The notes beneath the pieces are model-generated. The model did no database searches, had not been told where the DNA came from, and was given only the letters and a program-made list of their open reading frames with translations. Positions 20,227 through 30,419 of a DNA stretch of 64,000 nt are shown here, piece by piece (the first letter of the stretch is position 1; every line of letters begins with the position of its first letter). Location: NCBI GenBank assembly GCA_039024555.1, contig JBCCQQ010000001.1:128001-192000 (forward strand), read 5' to 3'. Position numbers and translations under genes: made by a program. This DNA is from Cyanobacteria bacterium P01_D01_bin.156. Lineage in GTDB: Bacteria; Cyanobacteriota; Cyanobacteriia; Phormidesmidales; Phormidesmidaceae.

Positions 20227-23200
20227 GACTCAGCCTCAGTAGTCTGGCTATTCGTCGTCACATTGCGACTCTAATGCTCTGTGTCGCTGTGATTGTATTA
20301 GGTATTTTCTTTACACTACGGTTACCCGTAGATTTGTTGCCATCCATTACCTACCCACGTATCGGTGTACGTGCTGACACCCCAGGCATATCGCCAGATG
20401 TGGCTGTTGACGAAATTACTCGCCCCCTAGAACAAGCCCTTGCCGCCACCGAAGGCGTGGTGCAGCTAGTGTCTAAAACTCGAGAAGGCCGCGTCAGTAT
20501 AGACCTATATTTTGAACCCGGCGGCAATATTGACCAGGCTCTCAATGATGCCAATGCTACACTCAACCGTGCCCGAGATCGACTACCCGATAGCATTTCC
20601 CAACCGCGCCTCTTTAAGTTTGATCCATCCCAGCTGCCTGTATACGAAATGGCGCTTACCTCCGAGACACTACAGGGTATGGATTTAAGGATATTTGCAG
20701 ATGAAGAACTGGCCAGGGAGCTGTCTACTGTATCTGGTGTTGCTAGCGTTGATATCTCTGGCGGTGTCCAAGAAGAAATTCAAATCAACTTAGATCCGGC
20801 TCGATTACAGAGATTAGGATTGGGGCTGGCGGATGTTCTAGATGCCTTAGAAGAACGCAATCAAGATACTGCAGGGGGACGTATTCAAGGTTCTAATAGC
20901 GAACCTTTAACTAGGGTCACCGGAAAATTTCAGAATGCGGAAGAGATTCGCGATCTGGTATTTAACGTAGACGGGCAACAGGTATATCTACGAGACTTTG
21001 CCGACGTGATAGATGGCACTGAAGAACAACGACTGTTTGTCAACCTCAATGGCCAGTCTGCCGTTAAAGTCAGTGTCCAGAAACAGCCCACAGCCAATAC
21101 AATCGCTGTGGTAGAAGGGGTTAAACAACGGCTTGAACAGCTTAAAGCTGCTGGCATGGTCCCGGAGGATTTGCTGATTAACGTCATCTTAGACGAATCC
21201 ATTTTTATTCAAAATGCTATTCGTAATGTCGCCACTGCAGGCTTAACTGGAACCGTATTAGCGGCCTTAGCAGTCTTGCTATTTCTTGGCTCTTTACGAC
21301 AAACCTTTATTGTTGTACTTGCCATTCCCCTAGCGACACTCATCACTCTATTGCTTTCCGGAGTATTGGGCCTTTCGCTAAACGTATTTAGCTTAGGTGG
21401 CCTGGCGTTGGGAGTTGGCATTGTTGTGGACAATGCCATTGTTATGTTAGAAAACATTGCCGAAGGCGTGGCAAACACCTCCAAACCAATTGTTCGCCAA
21501 GCAGAGACCAGCAGCCAAGCATTAGAATCTGCCCTCATAGCCTCTACCTCCACCAATTTGGTAGCCGTATTACCATTCTTACTCATGGGAGGATTTATAT
21601 CCCTACTGTTTAGTCAACTGGTAGTGACCATCAGTCTGGCGGTAGCCGCCTCCTTGTTGGTGGCGTTAACGGTAGTCCCAGCCCTCGCTGCTCGTTTGCT
21701 GGCTATCAAGGCCCATAGCAACGTGTCTAATTTCTGGCCCATTCGCTGGTTTAGACACCAGTTACAGGGAGCTAACCGTAGCTATAGCACCACGCTCAGC
21801 TGGGTGCTACAGCACCGGTTCATGGTCATTGCTACGGCCATTGTTGTATTTGGTGGCGGCAGCTGGGCCATGGCTCAACAGATCCCCCAGGAGATTTTGC
21901 CTAGAATTAGTAACGGCCAGGCACGCGTGTGGGTGCAGCTACCGCCAGGGACCACCCTGAAGGAAAATCGTCGAGTCATGACTGCCATCGACGACATTTT
22001 GCTGGCTCAGCCGGAGACTGACTATGTTTTTAGCACTTCCGGTGGTTTTCTTTTTGGCAATATCAGCATTGATAATGCTTTGCGGGGCTCTAGCACCCTC
22101 ACCCTTAAACCAGGAACAGATGTAGAAGCCTTTAGCGATCGCATCAACCAAACCCTACGTCAGTTAAATCTGGTCAAAACCAGACTGCGGGTCTCTCCAG
22201 GATCTGTACGGGGTCTAATTTTGAGTAACTCCCCAGTCCGCAGCGATGTCGATATTGTGCTGCAAAGTAGCAGTACTCAGCTACTGGAACAGACCGGACG
22301 TCAGGTATTAGATGCTCTGAAAGAAGCAACCCTTGCTAGCTACTTACCCGATGCCGATCCACCCCAGCCAGAAATACAGATCCGCCCTGACTGGGAACGG
22401 ACAGCAGATATAGAGTTATCTGCCGAGGAGATTGGCCGCACAGTCGAAACAATACTGTCAGGAACCGTGCCCACCCAGCTACAGCGAGGAGACCGTCTGA
22501 TCGATGTGCGGGTACATACCCCCGACACCTTGGTGCAAAATCCGGATCAGCTTAGCCAGCTGCCCTTAATCGGTAGTCAAGTTCGCTTAGGCAACATCGC
22601 TAGCCTGGAAAACAGTCAATCTCCAGGAGAAATCCAGCGTATTAACCAACGCCAGGTATTTATCATTGAAGGCCGTTTAACAGAAGACGCAAGCCTGGGA
22701 GAGGCTTTGGCAGAAATCGATCAAATCATGGCAACGGTTTCTCTTCCAGACGGTGTGAGCCGTCTACCGAGTTTTAGTGCGCAGAGCAATGCATCTATTC
22801 AAGAAGGGCTGGGGTTACTCGGGGGGCTAGCCGTATTCCTCGTATTTACAGTCATGGCCGTGCAGTATAACTCTCTGATCGATCCGCTGGTCATCATGCT
22901 TACAGTACCCTTAGCCTTGGCCGGAGGAATCCTAGGACTGTACGTCACAGAAACTGCTATTGGCGCAACAGTAGTGGTGGGTGCGGTTCTACTAGTGGGT
23001 ATTGTGGTGAACAACGCCATTATTCTGGTGGAGTTGGCCAATCAGATTTATGTCCAAGAACGCTGTAGTCACAGCATAGCCATGTTAAAAGCAGCCCCCC
23101 AACGATTGCGGCCTATTTTAATGACAACTGTAACAACGGTGTTAGGGATGTTGCCCCTCGCATTGGGCTTGGGAGAAGGGTCAGAATTCTTACAACCTTT

Positions 23201-23366
23201 AGGCGTGGTCATCTTTTCGGGCTTATCATTAGCAACCCTAATGACCCTCTTTGTGATTCCCTGTTTTTACACAGTTTTACATCGATCTGAACCAAATCAC
23301 CCAAGCGGCCACATCATCCTTAGCAAGAGCAACTCTAAACGTACAAGCCCCAGTATCAAAAGCTAG
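20223..23366 (+). CDS. RND efflux permease, AcrB/AcrD/AcrF family
   Basis: 1047 aa; LPVDLLP, GIVVDNAIV, GIVVNNAI and RLRPILMTT motifs. Confidence 0.95.
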   Translation: MRLSLSSLAIRRHIATLMLCVAVIVLGIFFTLRLPVDLLPSITYPRIGVRADTPGISPDVAVDEITRPLEQALAATEGVVQLVSKTREGRVSIDLYFEPGGNIDQALNDANATLNRARDRLPDSISQPRLFKFDPSQLPVYEMALTSETLQGMDLRIFADEELARELSTVSGVASVDISGGVQEEIQINLDPARLQRLGLGLADVLDALEERNQDTAGGRIQGSNSEPLTRVTGKFQNAEEIRDLVFNVDGQQVYLRDFADVIDGTEEQRLFVNLNGQSAVKVSVQKQPTANTIAVVEGVKQRLEQLKAAGMVPEDLLINVILDESIFIQNAIRNVATAGLTGTVLAALAVLLFLGSLRQTFIVVLAIPLATLITLLLSGVLGLSLNVFSLGGLALGVGIVVDNAIVMLENIAEGVANTSKPIVRQAETSSQALESALIASTSTNLVAVLPFLLMGGFISLLFSQLVVTISLAVAASLLVALTVVPALAARLLAIKAHSNVSNFWPIRWFRHQLQGANRSYSTTLSWVLQHRFMVIATAIVVFGGGSWAMAQQIPQEILPRISNGQARVWVQLPPGTTLKENRRVMTAIDDILLAQPETDYVFSTSGGFLFGNISIDNALRGSSTLTLKPGTDVEAFSDRINQTLRQLNLVKTRLRVSPGSVRGLILSNSPVRSDVDIVLQSSSTQLLEQTGRQVLDALKEATLASYLPDADPPQPEIQIRPDWERTADIELSAEEIGRTVETILSGTVPTQLQRGDRLIDVRVHTPDTLVQNPDQLSQLPLIGSQVRLGNIASLENSQSPGEIQRINQRQVFIIEGRLTEDASLGEALAEIDQIMATVSLPDGVSRLPSFSAQSNASIQEGLGLLGGLAVFLVFTVMAVQYNSLIDPLVIMLTVPLALAGGILGLYVTETAIGATVVVGAVLLVGIVVNNAIILVELANQIYVQERCSHSIAMLKAAPQRLRPILMTTVTTVLGMLPLALGLGEGSEFLQPLGVVIFSGLSLATLMTLFVIPCFYTVLHRSEPNHPSGHIILSKSNSKRTSPSIKS

Positions 23367-23426
23367 CAGCCCCATCCTGAAATCATACACATTATGCCTG
23401 TATGAACAGCATAATCATAGACATCC

Positions 23427-23568
23427 CAGCAATTCTCAGTATGAGATTTTTGTCCCAAAATTGGATCCTAATGCTCAGTTATCTGAACGAGGAATTAGGC
23501 TTCCAGTAAATTGCCATTCTCAAAAATCAGGGTTTTATAGACCAATATTGTCATACTGAGAATTGCTG
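23427..23568. mobile_element. 142-bp MITE (family B) with 18-bp perfect TIRs and a 9-bp target duplication
   Basis: cagcaattctcagtatga (23427-23444) / tcatactgagaattgctg (23551-23568); TAGACATCC at 23418-23426 and 23569-23577. Confidence 0.92.
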
Positions 23569-23620
23569 TAGACATCCTAGGAGGAACCTGTAACCAGGAG
23601 AACATTAATCAATAGTCGCT

Positions 23621-26600
23621 TCAAACTTTAGTTGCAAATTGCCAAACAGGTAATTGATTTCCTCTTAATAGTTGAGTTTCAATCGCTTCAGCAGGAAGCG
23701 GTTTAGAAAACAAATAGCCTTGACCAAATTGGCACCCTAACTTCTGGATATACTGCAGCTGTTGATAGGTCTCAATACCTTCTGCCACAACTGTTAAATC
23801 CAATTGACTACTCAATGTAACAATGGTTTCCACTACCCGATGGTTACGAGTTTCAAGATGCATTTGACTGACAAACGACTGATCAATCTTGAGATTGTTC
23901 ACTGGCAAACGATGGAGATAATTCAGCGATGAATAACCAGTACCAAAATCATCAATACTAATTTGAATCTGTCGATCTGTCAGCTGAGATAACAATCCAA
24001 TGGTCTGATCAATATCTTCAATCAGCATACTCTCAGTAATTTCCAGAGTGATTTCAATACCTGATAAATGATGCTTCTTTAGAGAGTCATCTATGTCTTG
24101 AAGTAAACTTGTCTTTCTCAACCCTTGAGCCGATAAATTAACGCTTACCTTTAAAGAAGAGAAATCAGAGGATTTAGCACGCCATCGTTTGATTTGCGCA
24201 CAGGCTTGTTCAAACACCCAACGATCCAGTGCAACAATTAGGCCAATTTCTTCGACAATCGGGATAAATTCATCAGGAGAGATGATTCCTCTAACCGGAT
24301 GATTCCAGCGGGCCAGCACCTCAAAACCAACTAGTTGATAATTAGATAAATTAACAATTGGTTGATAATAAACTGTAAATTCGTCTTTCTCAAACGCTTG
24401 ACGCAAATCAGCTTCTAGGGTTAAACGCTGCAATGCCTGGGTATGCATCACGGTATCAAAAAATTTGTAGGAATTGCTTTCTTGTTGCTTTGCCCGATAC
24501 ATGGCAATATCGGCATCGCGAATTAATTCATCAGCATGTTGATAGTCTTGATTACCCAAGACTATCCCAATACTCATACCTGTAAAAATCTGATGCTCAT
24601 TCACAACAACCGATGTTTGACAGTCTTTCTGAATCTGTCGAACAACTTGAACAACATCTTCTACATTAGAAAAATCTTCTAACAAGACAACAAACTCATC
24701 GCCTCCCAAGCGGGCAACTAGGTCAGTCTTTCGCAATCGATTTTGCAACCTTTGAGCAATTGCTATCAAGAGCTGATCACCAACAATATGGCCCAAGCTA
24801 TCATTGATGACCTTAAAGCGGTCAAGATCAATAAAAAGAACAGCATAGTGATAACGCGCCAAATGTTTTGCTCGATTCATAGCCAACTCAAGTCGCTCTA
24901 ACAACAGCGCTCGATTCGGCAAATTGGTTAATGGATCATGTAACGCGTTGTGGGTAATGAGAGCCTGTGCCTGCTTAAGATTACTGATATCACGGCAAAC
25001 TGAAATTAATAAGCCATCTTCAGTCAGCGTAAGTGAGACGCCTTGGGCAAATGTTGAACCATCCTTACGAGTTGCGATCGCTTCCCCCTGCCAAGCTCGA
25101 TTATGCTCTAGTTGGGGTAAAACTTCTTCCTCTAGACGAGTTACTTCATCAACCGAGTAACGTAGTTTCCAGCTTTGACCAATCAGCTCATCAGGCCGCT
25201 CATAACAAAAAAGATCGACATAAGCCTGGTTGACATAAAGGTATGTTCCATCCTGGATAATACTAATGCCGTCAATCGCTGCCTCAATCGCCGCTAGCTG
25301 CCGCTTGCTAGCGGCTCCAGATTGCAAGCGTTCCAATTCAGCAGCGGCACGCGCCCCAAACACTCGCAAAATTTGCTTAGCCCAGCTAGGGTTTGCAATG
25401 GGTTGGTTATGGAGTATGTAAAGATGACCAATGGCCTGACCTTGATTACTCATTAAGGCAATGCCAAGATAGCTCTCAGCACCTAACTTCGCAAGATCTA
25501 AATCGTCTGGGAACCGTTTCTGAACATCGTAATTACAGTAAAACTCCCCCATTTGGAAGACATAATCACATGGGGTACGGGCTAAGGCATAGGTGTAGGC
25601 TGGCATGAGAACGCCATTCGCCCAGAAAGCAAGGGTTTGCAATTGATCATCAACTCTTTCCGTAACGATCGCATAGGAAACATTAAGCGCTTCAGCAATG
25701 TGCCGCACTAGGGCTGGGAAAAAGTCTTTCCCTGTAGCCACGGTGCCTGCCACCAGATTTTGTAAAGCCAGATCTGACTGTTTGCGTTCTGTAATATCGA
25801 GCACTGTACCAAACAGCCGCTGAGCATGACCTTGAAGATCATATTTCACGGCTACTCGCAATTCCTGGTAGCTAAGACTGCCATCCGGTCGAACAATGCT
25901 ATATTCAGTAGTATGGGGCAAACCAACAACAATTGCCTGCTCAACACATTGACTTAAACGTTGCCGATCCTTAGTTGGCAGCATCTGCAAAAACTCTCCA
26001 TAGGAAGGCGCTGATATACCAGGTTCCAAGCCATGGATTCGAAACATTTCAGGTGACCAGTTCATGGTCTGACTAAAGACATCCAATGCCCAGTTACCAA
26101 CATGGGCAACCTGCTGCGCCTCTAACAGCATCGCCTCGCTGTAACGTAGTTGTTCCTCTGCTTGTTGGCGCTCAATCGCAATACCTGCCAGATAGGCCAT
26201 CTGTGCAGTTGTCGCAAGTTCATATTTTTGGGGCGACCTGGCTGCCTGATAGTATGTGGAAAATACTCCTAGTACTCGGCTATCCCCTCCATAAATCGGA
26301 ATAGACCAACAAGCTCGCAAACCGTGGCCAAGTAGTAGCTCTTTATACTCTGGAGTAAACGAGGCTTTTTTTATATTCGGAACAATCACCGTCTCATGTC
26401 TAAGCACTGCTTTGGCACAAGGCCTCATATCGTCTTTACACAAAACACCATGATTCGCTTGATGATAGCTATTGGGTAAGCTAGGTGCTGCCCCAGGATA
26501 TAGACGATTATTTTGACCCAGTAGCAAAATAGCGCACACACCTTGGCTCAAACCTTGCTCAAGTGCCTGAACTAAGGTGATCAGAATTTCAGATAGAGGA

Positions 26601-26674
26601 GAACCTGTGGCGATTTTAGCTAACAGTTCATTTTGGATTTGCAGTTGGAGTGCAGCGAAATCACGCTCATTCAT
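23621..26674 (-). CDS. GAF-PAS-GAF-PAS-GGDEF-EAL diguanylate cyclase/phosphodiesterase
   Basis: HDPLTNLPNR; RKTD I-site five residues before GGDEF; EVLARW; DDFGTGYSSL; AEGIET. Confidence 0.95.
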   Translation of the reverse strand: MNERDFAALQLQIQNELLAKIATGSPLSEILITLVQALEQGLSQGVCAILLLGQNNRLYPGAAPSLPNSYHQANHGVLCKDDMRPCAKAVLRHETVIVPNIKKASFTPEYKELLLGHGLRACWSIPIYGGDSRVLGVFSTYYQAARSPQKYELATTAQMAYLAGIAIERQQAEEQLRYSEAMLLEAQQVAHVGNWALDVFSQTMNWSPEMFRIHGLEPGISAPSYGEFLQMLPTKDRQRLSQCVEQAIVVGLPHTTEYSIVRPDGSLSYQELRVAVKYDLQGHAQRLFGTVLDITERKQSDLALQNLVAGTVATGKDFFPALVRHIAEALNVSYAIVTERVDDQLQTLAFWANGVLMPAYTYALARTPCDYVFQMGEFYCNYDVQKRFPDDLDLAKLGAESYLGIALMSNQGQAIGHLYILHNQPIANPSWAKQILRVFGARAAAELERLQSGAASKRQLAAIEAAIDGISIIQDGTYLYVNQAYVDLFCYERPDELIGQSWKLRYSVDEVTRLEEEVLPQLEHNRAWQGEAIATRKDGSTFAQGVSLTLTEDGLLISVCRDISNLKQAQALITHNALHDPLTNLPNRALLLERLELAMNRAKHLARYHYAVLFIDLDRFKVINDSLGHIVGDQLLIAIAQRLQNRLRKTDLVARLGGDEFVVLLEDFSNVEDVVQVVRQIQKDCQTSVVVNEHQIFTGMSIGIVLGNQDYQHADELIRDADIAMYRAKQQESNSYKFFDTVMHTQALQRLTLEADLRQAFEKDEFTVYYQPIVNLSNYQLVGFEVLARWNHPVRGIISPDEFIPIVEEIGLIVALDRWVFEQACAQIKRWRAKSSDFSSLKVSVNLSAQGLRKTSLLQDIDDSLKKHHLSGIEITLEITESMLIEDIDQTIGLLSQLTDRQIQISIDDFGTGYSSLNYLHRLPVNNLKIDQSFVSQMHLETRNHRVVETIVTLSSQLDLTVVAEGIETYQQLQYIQKLGCQFGQGYLFSKPLPAEAIETQLLRGNQLPVWQFATKV

Positions 26675-26729
26675 ACTCGTCTGGGTTTCTTACCAATCAC
26701 ACTGACCTGAACGCACCATAAAAAGTTTG

Positions 26730-26820
26730 GCCGTTGCTAAATTCTCGATATGATTTGAAACCCACAACACTTCTGAACCATAGGTTTTACGGATCGATAC
26801 ACCCCTAAAGCAGCAACGGC
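26730..26820 (+). mobile_element. ~90-bp MITE family A, copy 4 (diverged)
   Basis: gccgttgctaaattctcgatatga...cccctaaagcagcaacggc; flanks aaagtttg / aaggttcg match 6/8. Confidence 0.75.
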
Positions 26821-27141
26821 AAGGTTCGGATTCCGATTCCAGTGCCAAACACGCACACATCTCAAGAAAAAACCACCTGCCTCACAAACATACAATTTGC
26901 CAACTATACAATTTGCCACCTTACAGGTAGTTTTCCCGAAAATTTCCTGTAAAACACGCAAATACTGTCCAGACATTAGGTCAGATGTTTACGATAGACA
27001 TGGCTAGACAGCCTAGGCCTATCGGTAATCTTTTAACTCGTATATGCCAATTTTTGCCGCACATAAAAGTTGTGTGAAGTCACCTTAAATGCCGAGTACC
27101 TGCTATGACAAATCGCTAGGTTGGAAACAATTATATAAGTA

Positions 27142-27231
27142 GCCGTTGCTGCAACCATGATTGTTTCTGAAGGAGTCTGGCACAGTCGTCGAACGTCGTC
27201 AGATCGGTCCATCCCATAAATCAGCAACGGT
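27142..27231 (+). mobile_element. ~90-bp MITE family A, copy 5 (diverged left end)
   Basis: gccgttgctg...tctggcacagt...atcggtccatcccataaatcagcaacggt; interior similar to copy 2. Confidence 0.78.
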
Positions 27232-27291
27232 ACGCTTTGAATTGAAATCATCGCGAAATTTGGCAATACTTATCCAGTCCTACACGTCACT

Positions 27292-27726
27292 ATGTACTCA
27301 CTGCAATCTATCCAGGCTCGTAAAAAAAACAATAAAAATATTGCTAATGCGGTTGTTGTAAGCGCTGTAGGTGCAAGCATGGCCATTGGCACTGGGGTGA
27401 TTCTATTTACGACTGGGGTGATTACATTGGGTGGGGTGCCCTATTCTGTCTTGATGAAAGTTTGGCAAGATCCAGATGCTCGCTCAGCACTATTAGAAGG
27501 AGATGCAACAGAGCTCCATGACCTGATGGGTAATTTGGGTATCGAATACGATATCAAAAACTATTACAGTGACCGAATCCAAGATCCAGTCAAATTAGAT
27601 CAGCATATTCATCAAATTTTGTTTGATCGTACAGGTTATGTGGGGGAAAACTATACTGTTCAGGGGCGAACGCTAATCCTAAAAGAAGGCAAAATCGAAC
27701 AACTGAGAAACTGCCCAAGTTGTTAG
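27292..27726 (+). CDS. Hypothetical membrane-anchored protein
   Basis: 144 aa; N-terminal TM; LDQHIHQILFDRTGYVG; C-terminal CPSC. Confidence 0.7.
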   Translation: MYSLQSIQARKKNNKNIANAVVVSAVGASMAIGTGVILFTTGVITLGGVPYSVLMKVWQDPDARSALLEGDATELHDLMGNLGIEYDIKNYYSDRIQDPVKLDQHIHQILFDRTGYVGENYTVQGRTLILKEGKIEQLRNCPSC

Positions 27727-27764
27727 GGAGATTTCTGTTAAGAGACGTTTACTGATTTATCACA

Positions 27765-29369
27765 CTAACGTCTCAGGAGTTTTGAGCGCAGCTGTTCTCC
27801 TAAAAGTCTTGCTTCTGGAATACCCAGAACTATTGTTGCCAGGGCAAACACACTCAGACTGGCCCCACCTGCCACACACAGAACCACTAAGTTCGTAAAA
27901 AATCCTTCTGTTCCTAACCACGTCTCTAAACCCATACGACTGGCCCAGGCGATAGCGCCAGAGAGACAACTGCTAAGCAATAACAGTATTAACGGTCGTG
28001 CCCAGTCCTCCCAAGGCAGTCCGTTAATTTTTCTGGATAGCAGAATCAACAATGCCACCATAGACACTAAATTTACACCAACTGTGGCAAAGACAAGGCC
28101 AGGAGCACCATAACGACTGATGAGAAGAAAATCTAACAGCGCATTCAGGCCAATATTAAACAAACTAATGCGAAAGGGTGTATCACCATCTCCCAGGGCA
28201 TAGAATACTCGCACCAGGACATCTCGCCCCAAATAGACAAACATCCCCACACCGTAGGCAACTAGCACCGAAGTCACAAGCTGAGAAGCATTTTTATCAA
28301 ATGCACCTCGCTCATACACGACACGCACCATCGGTAAAGCTAGCGTCATAAACAAAGCGCTCAAAGGCAGCATGGTCAGAGCCGTTAGCAACAGACCTTG
28401 ACGGATGCGCTGTTTAAGCTCATCCCAATGGACAGGGTCCGCTAATCGAGCAAAAATCGGTAAAAATGGGACCAAAATAACATTGGAAATAATGCCTAGG
28501 GGAGTTTGAACTAGCAGATTTGCATAGTCCAGAGCAGCAATAGTCCCCGGTAGTGCCGCTGCAAAAAAGAGATCTACCTGGACATTAATTTGCATCATGC
28601 CTGACGAAAAGGTGGCAGGCCCTAAAACATTCAAGACATCCTTAACTGCTGGATCCTGAGTATTGAAACGCAACCGCAGCCGACCCAGGCCCTGCTTCCA
28701 CAGCACGGGTACCTGCACCAGCCACTGCAGGACTGCTCCCATTAGAGTACCGATGGCCAAAGCTGCTCCGCCTACCAGCGCGTAGCGAGGTTCTGCCATC
28801 TTGTCTCCTAGGGTAAAGAAAACCACTCCCAGTGACACAATCACCGCACTACTGGAAAACAACGGGCTAATGGAAGGCAACCAATAGTGGTCAGCGGCAT
28901 TGAGGGTGCCAAAACCAATCCCGATGAGTCCAGCAAACATGGCCATGGGAGCCATGATTCGCAGTTGCAGAATAGCAATATCACGAGTGATGGCACCTGC
29001 TTCTGCATTTTCGCTCAGACGATTCCCTAGGATGCCAATGATTGACGGGGCAAAAGTCATAATGCCCAGCGTGACCAATAACAGCCCTATGCCCACTAGA
29101 GTTGTAATAGTTTCCACTAGAGGGGCAATTTCCTTCTTTTTGCGATTGGCAACACCGCGTACAATGGCACTGTGGAAGGGACCATTAATCCCCCCTAGCA
29201 ACACTAAAAGGAAACCGGGAATGGCATAGGCTAACCCATAGGCATCAGCAACTGGGCCAACGGCAAAGGTAGCCGCAATCGCCTGGGTGCGAACCAGACC
29301 AAATACTTTACTAATCAGGGTTGCGATCGCAACAATTCCGGCAATACCCGCTAAGGATCGTTTGGTCAC
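27765..29369 (-). CDS. murJ: Lipid II flippase MurJ (MviN)
   Basis: ATLISKVFGLVR, LLGGINGPFHSA, YERGAF and RVFYALGD motifs. Confidence 0.95.
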   Translation of the reverse strand: MTKRSLAGIAGIVAIATLISKVFGLVRTQAIAATFAVGPVADAYGLAYAIPGFLLVLLGGINGPFHSAIVRGVANRKKKEIAPLVETITTLVGIGLLLVTLGIMTFAPSIIGILGNRLSENAEAGAITRDIAILQLRIMAPMAMFAGLIGIGFGTLNAADHYWLPSISPLFSSSAVIVSLGVVFFTLGDKMAEPRYALVGGAALAIGTLMGAVLQWLVQVPVLWKQGLGRLRLRFNTQDPAVKDVLNVLGPATFSSGMMQINVQVDLFFAAALPGTIAALDYANLLVQTPLGIISNVILVPFLPIFARLADPVHWDELKQRIRQGLLLTALTMLPLSALFMTLALPMVRVVYERGAFDKNASQLVTSVLVAYGVGMFVYLGRDVLVRVFYALGDGDTPFRISLFNIGLNALLDFLLISRYGAPGLVFATVGVNLVSMVALLILLSRKINGLPWEDWARPLILLLLSSCLSGAIAWASRMGLETWLGTEGFFTNLVVLCVAGGASLSVFALATIVLGIPEARLLGEQLRSKLLRR

Positions 29370-29510
29370 TGGCTATTCAACCCTAAAAACACAGTTACGC
29401 ACAGCTGCGAACTGTAAGAACATTACCGAAATTAACAGATACTAAGAACCGGGGCTAGAGGCCTCGAAGTTGAATTGGTTCATACACTAAGGCCACACTA
29501 ACGAGTTTCT

Positions 29511-30230
29511 ATGACCCCTACTCAGGTTTATACCTTCCCTCCCCTGCTAGAAGGTACTTTGATCAAACGCTACAAACGTTTTATGGCGGACATTGAGCTG
29601 GCATCTGGAGAAACCGTTACCGCCCACTGTCCTAATACTGGTCCGATGACGGGAGTGTGTCATGTGGGCGGACGGGTAATGGTCTCCCAAAGCGATAACC
29701 CTAAACGCAAGCTGGCCTATACCTGGGAGCTAGCAGAGGTCAACGACAATGAACCAACCTGGGTGGGCGTCAATACAGCTCTACCTAATCGGGTCATTCA
29801 GGCTGCATTAGAAGCTCATGTATTTGGCGCAGCCTTAGGGGACTATACCGCCATCAAGCGAGAGGTGCCCTATGGAGAAAAAAGCCGGATTGATTTTCTG
29901 CTCACTACCGGCGAGAAATCAACCTATATCGAAGTCAAAAATTCCACTTGGGCCCAGAAACGCCTGTGTTTGTTCCCAGATACAGTCACTACCCGAGGCC
30001 AAAAGCACCTACGGGAACTAACTGCCTTGATACCCGATGCTCGGGCAGTCATGCTCTATTTCATTAATCGAGGTGATTGTGATCAATTTGCCCCAGGTGA
30101 TAGTGCCGATCCAACCTACGGGCAGCTACTCAGGGATGCGATCTCAGCTGGTGTTGAAGTGTTGCCCTGCCGCTTTGAGATTTCCCCCACTAGCATCAAC
30201 TACATTGGCCTCGCTCCGCTCACACTTTAA
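29511..30230 (+). CDS. sfsA: DNA/RNA nuclease SfsA
   Basis: KRYKRF, AHCPNTGPM, SRIDF, IEVK and FPDTVTTRGQKHL motifs. Confidence 0.95.
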   Translation: MTPTQVYTFPPLLEGTLIKRYKRFMADIELASGETVTAHCPNTGPMTGVCHVGGRVMVSQSDNPKRKLAYTWELAEVNDNEPTWVGVNTALPNRVIQAALEAHVFGAALGDYTAIKREVPYGEKSRIDFLLTTGEKSTYIEVKNSTWAQKRLCLFPDTVTTRGQKHLRELTALIPDARAVMLYFINRGDCDQFAPGDSADPTYGQLLRDAISAGVEVLPCRFEISPTSINYIGLAPLTL

Positions 30231-30348
30231 GGATTCGCTATCCCCACCTAGGGAACTTACGTAAGGCGGCACACTTTTTAATACACAATTTATGTTGTGC
30301 AAGATACCATTAAGGAAAGAAATTATTTTTCACCTTTCTCTAGCACTT

Positions 30349-30419
30349 TTCCCCACAAAATCCACAAGTTTTCCACAGGATATAGGGGGTTTTCCACAGG
30401 TTTTCCACAGCCCTCTACA
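30349..30419 (+). promoter_or_regulatory. Cluster of co-oriented DnaA boxes
   Basis: TTTTCCACA at 30369, 30390 and 30401; degenerate copies TTCCCCACA (30349), AAATCCACA (30358), CCCTCTACA (30411). Confidence 0.75.

Noticed and set aside
26737..27361. Short ORFs of 66-79 aa upstream of the GGDEF-EAL gene
   Set aside because: They run through MITE copies and have no recognisable features
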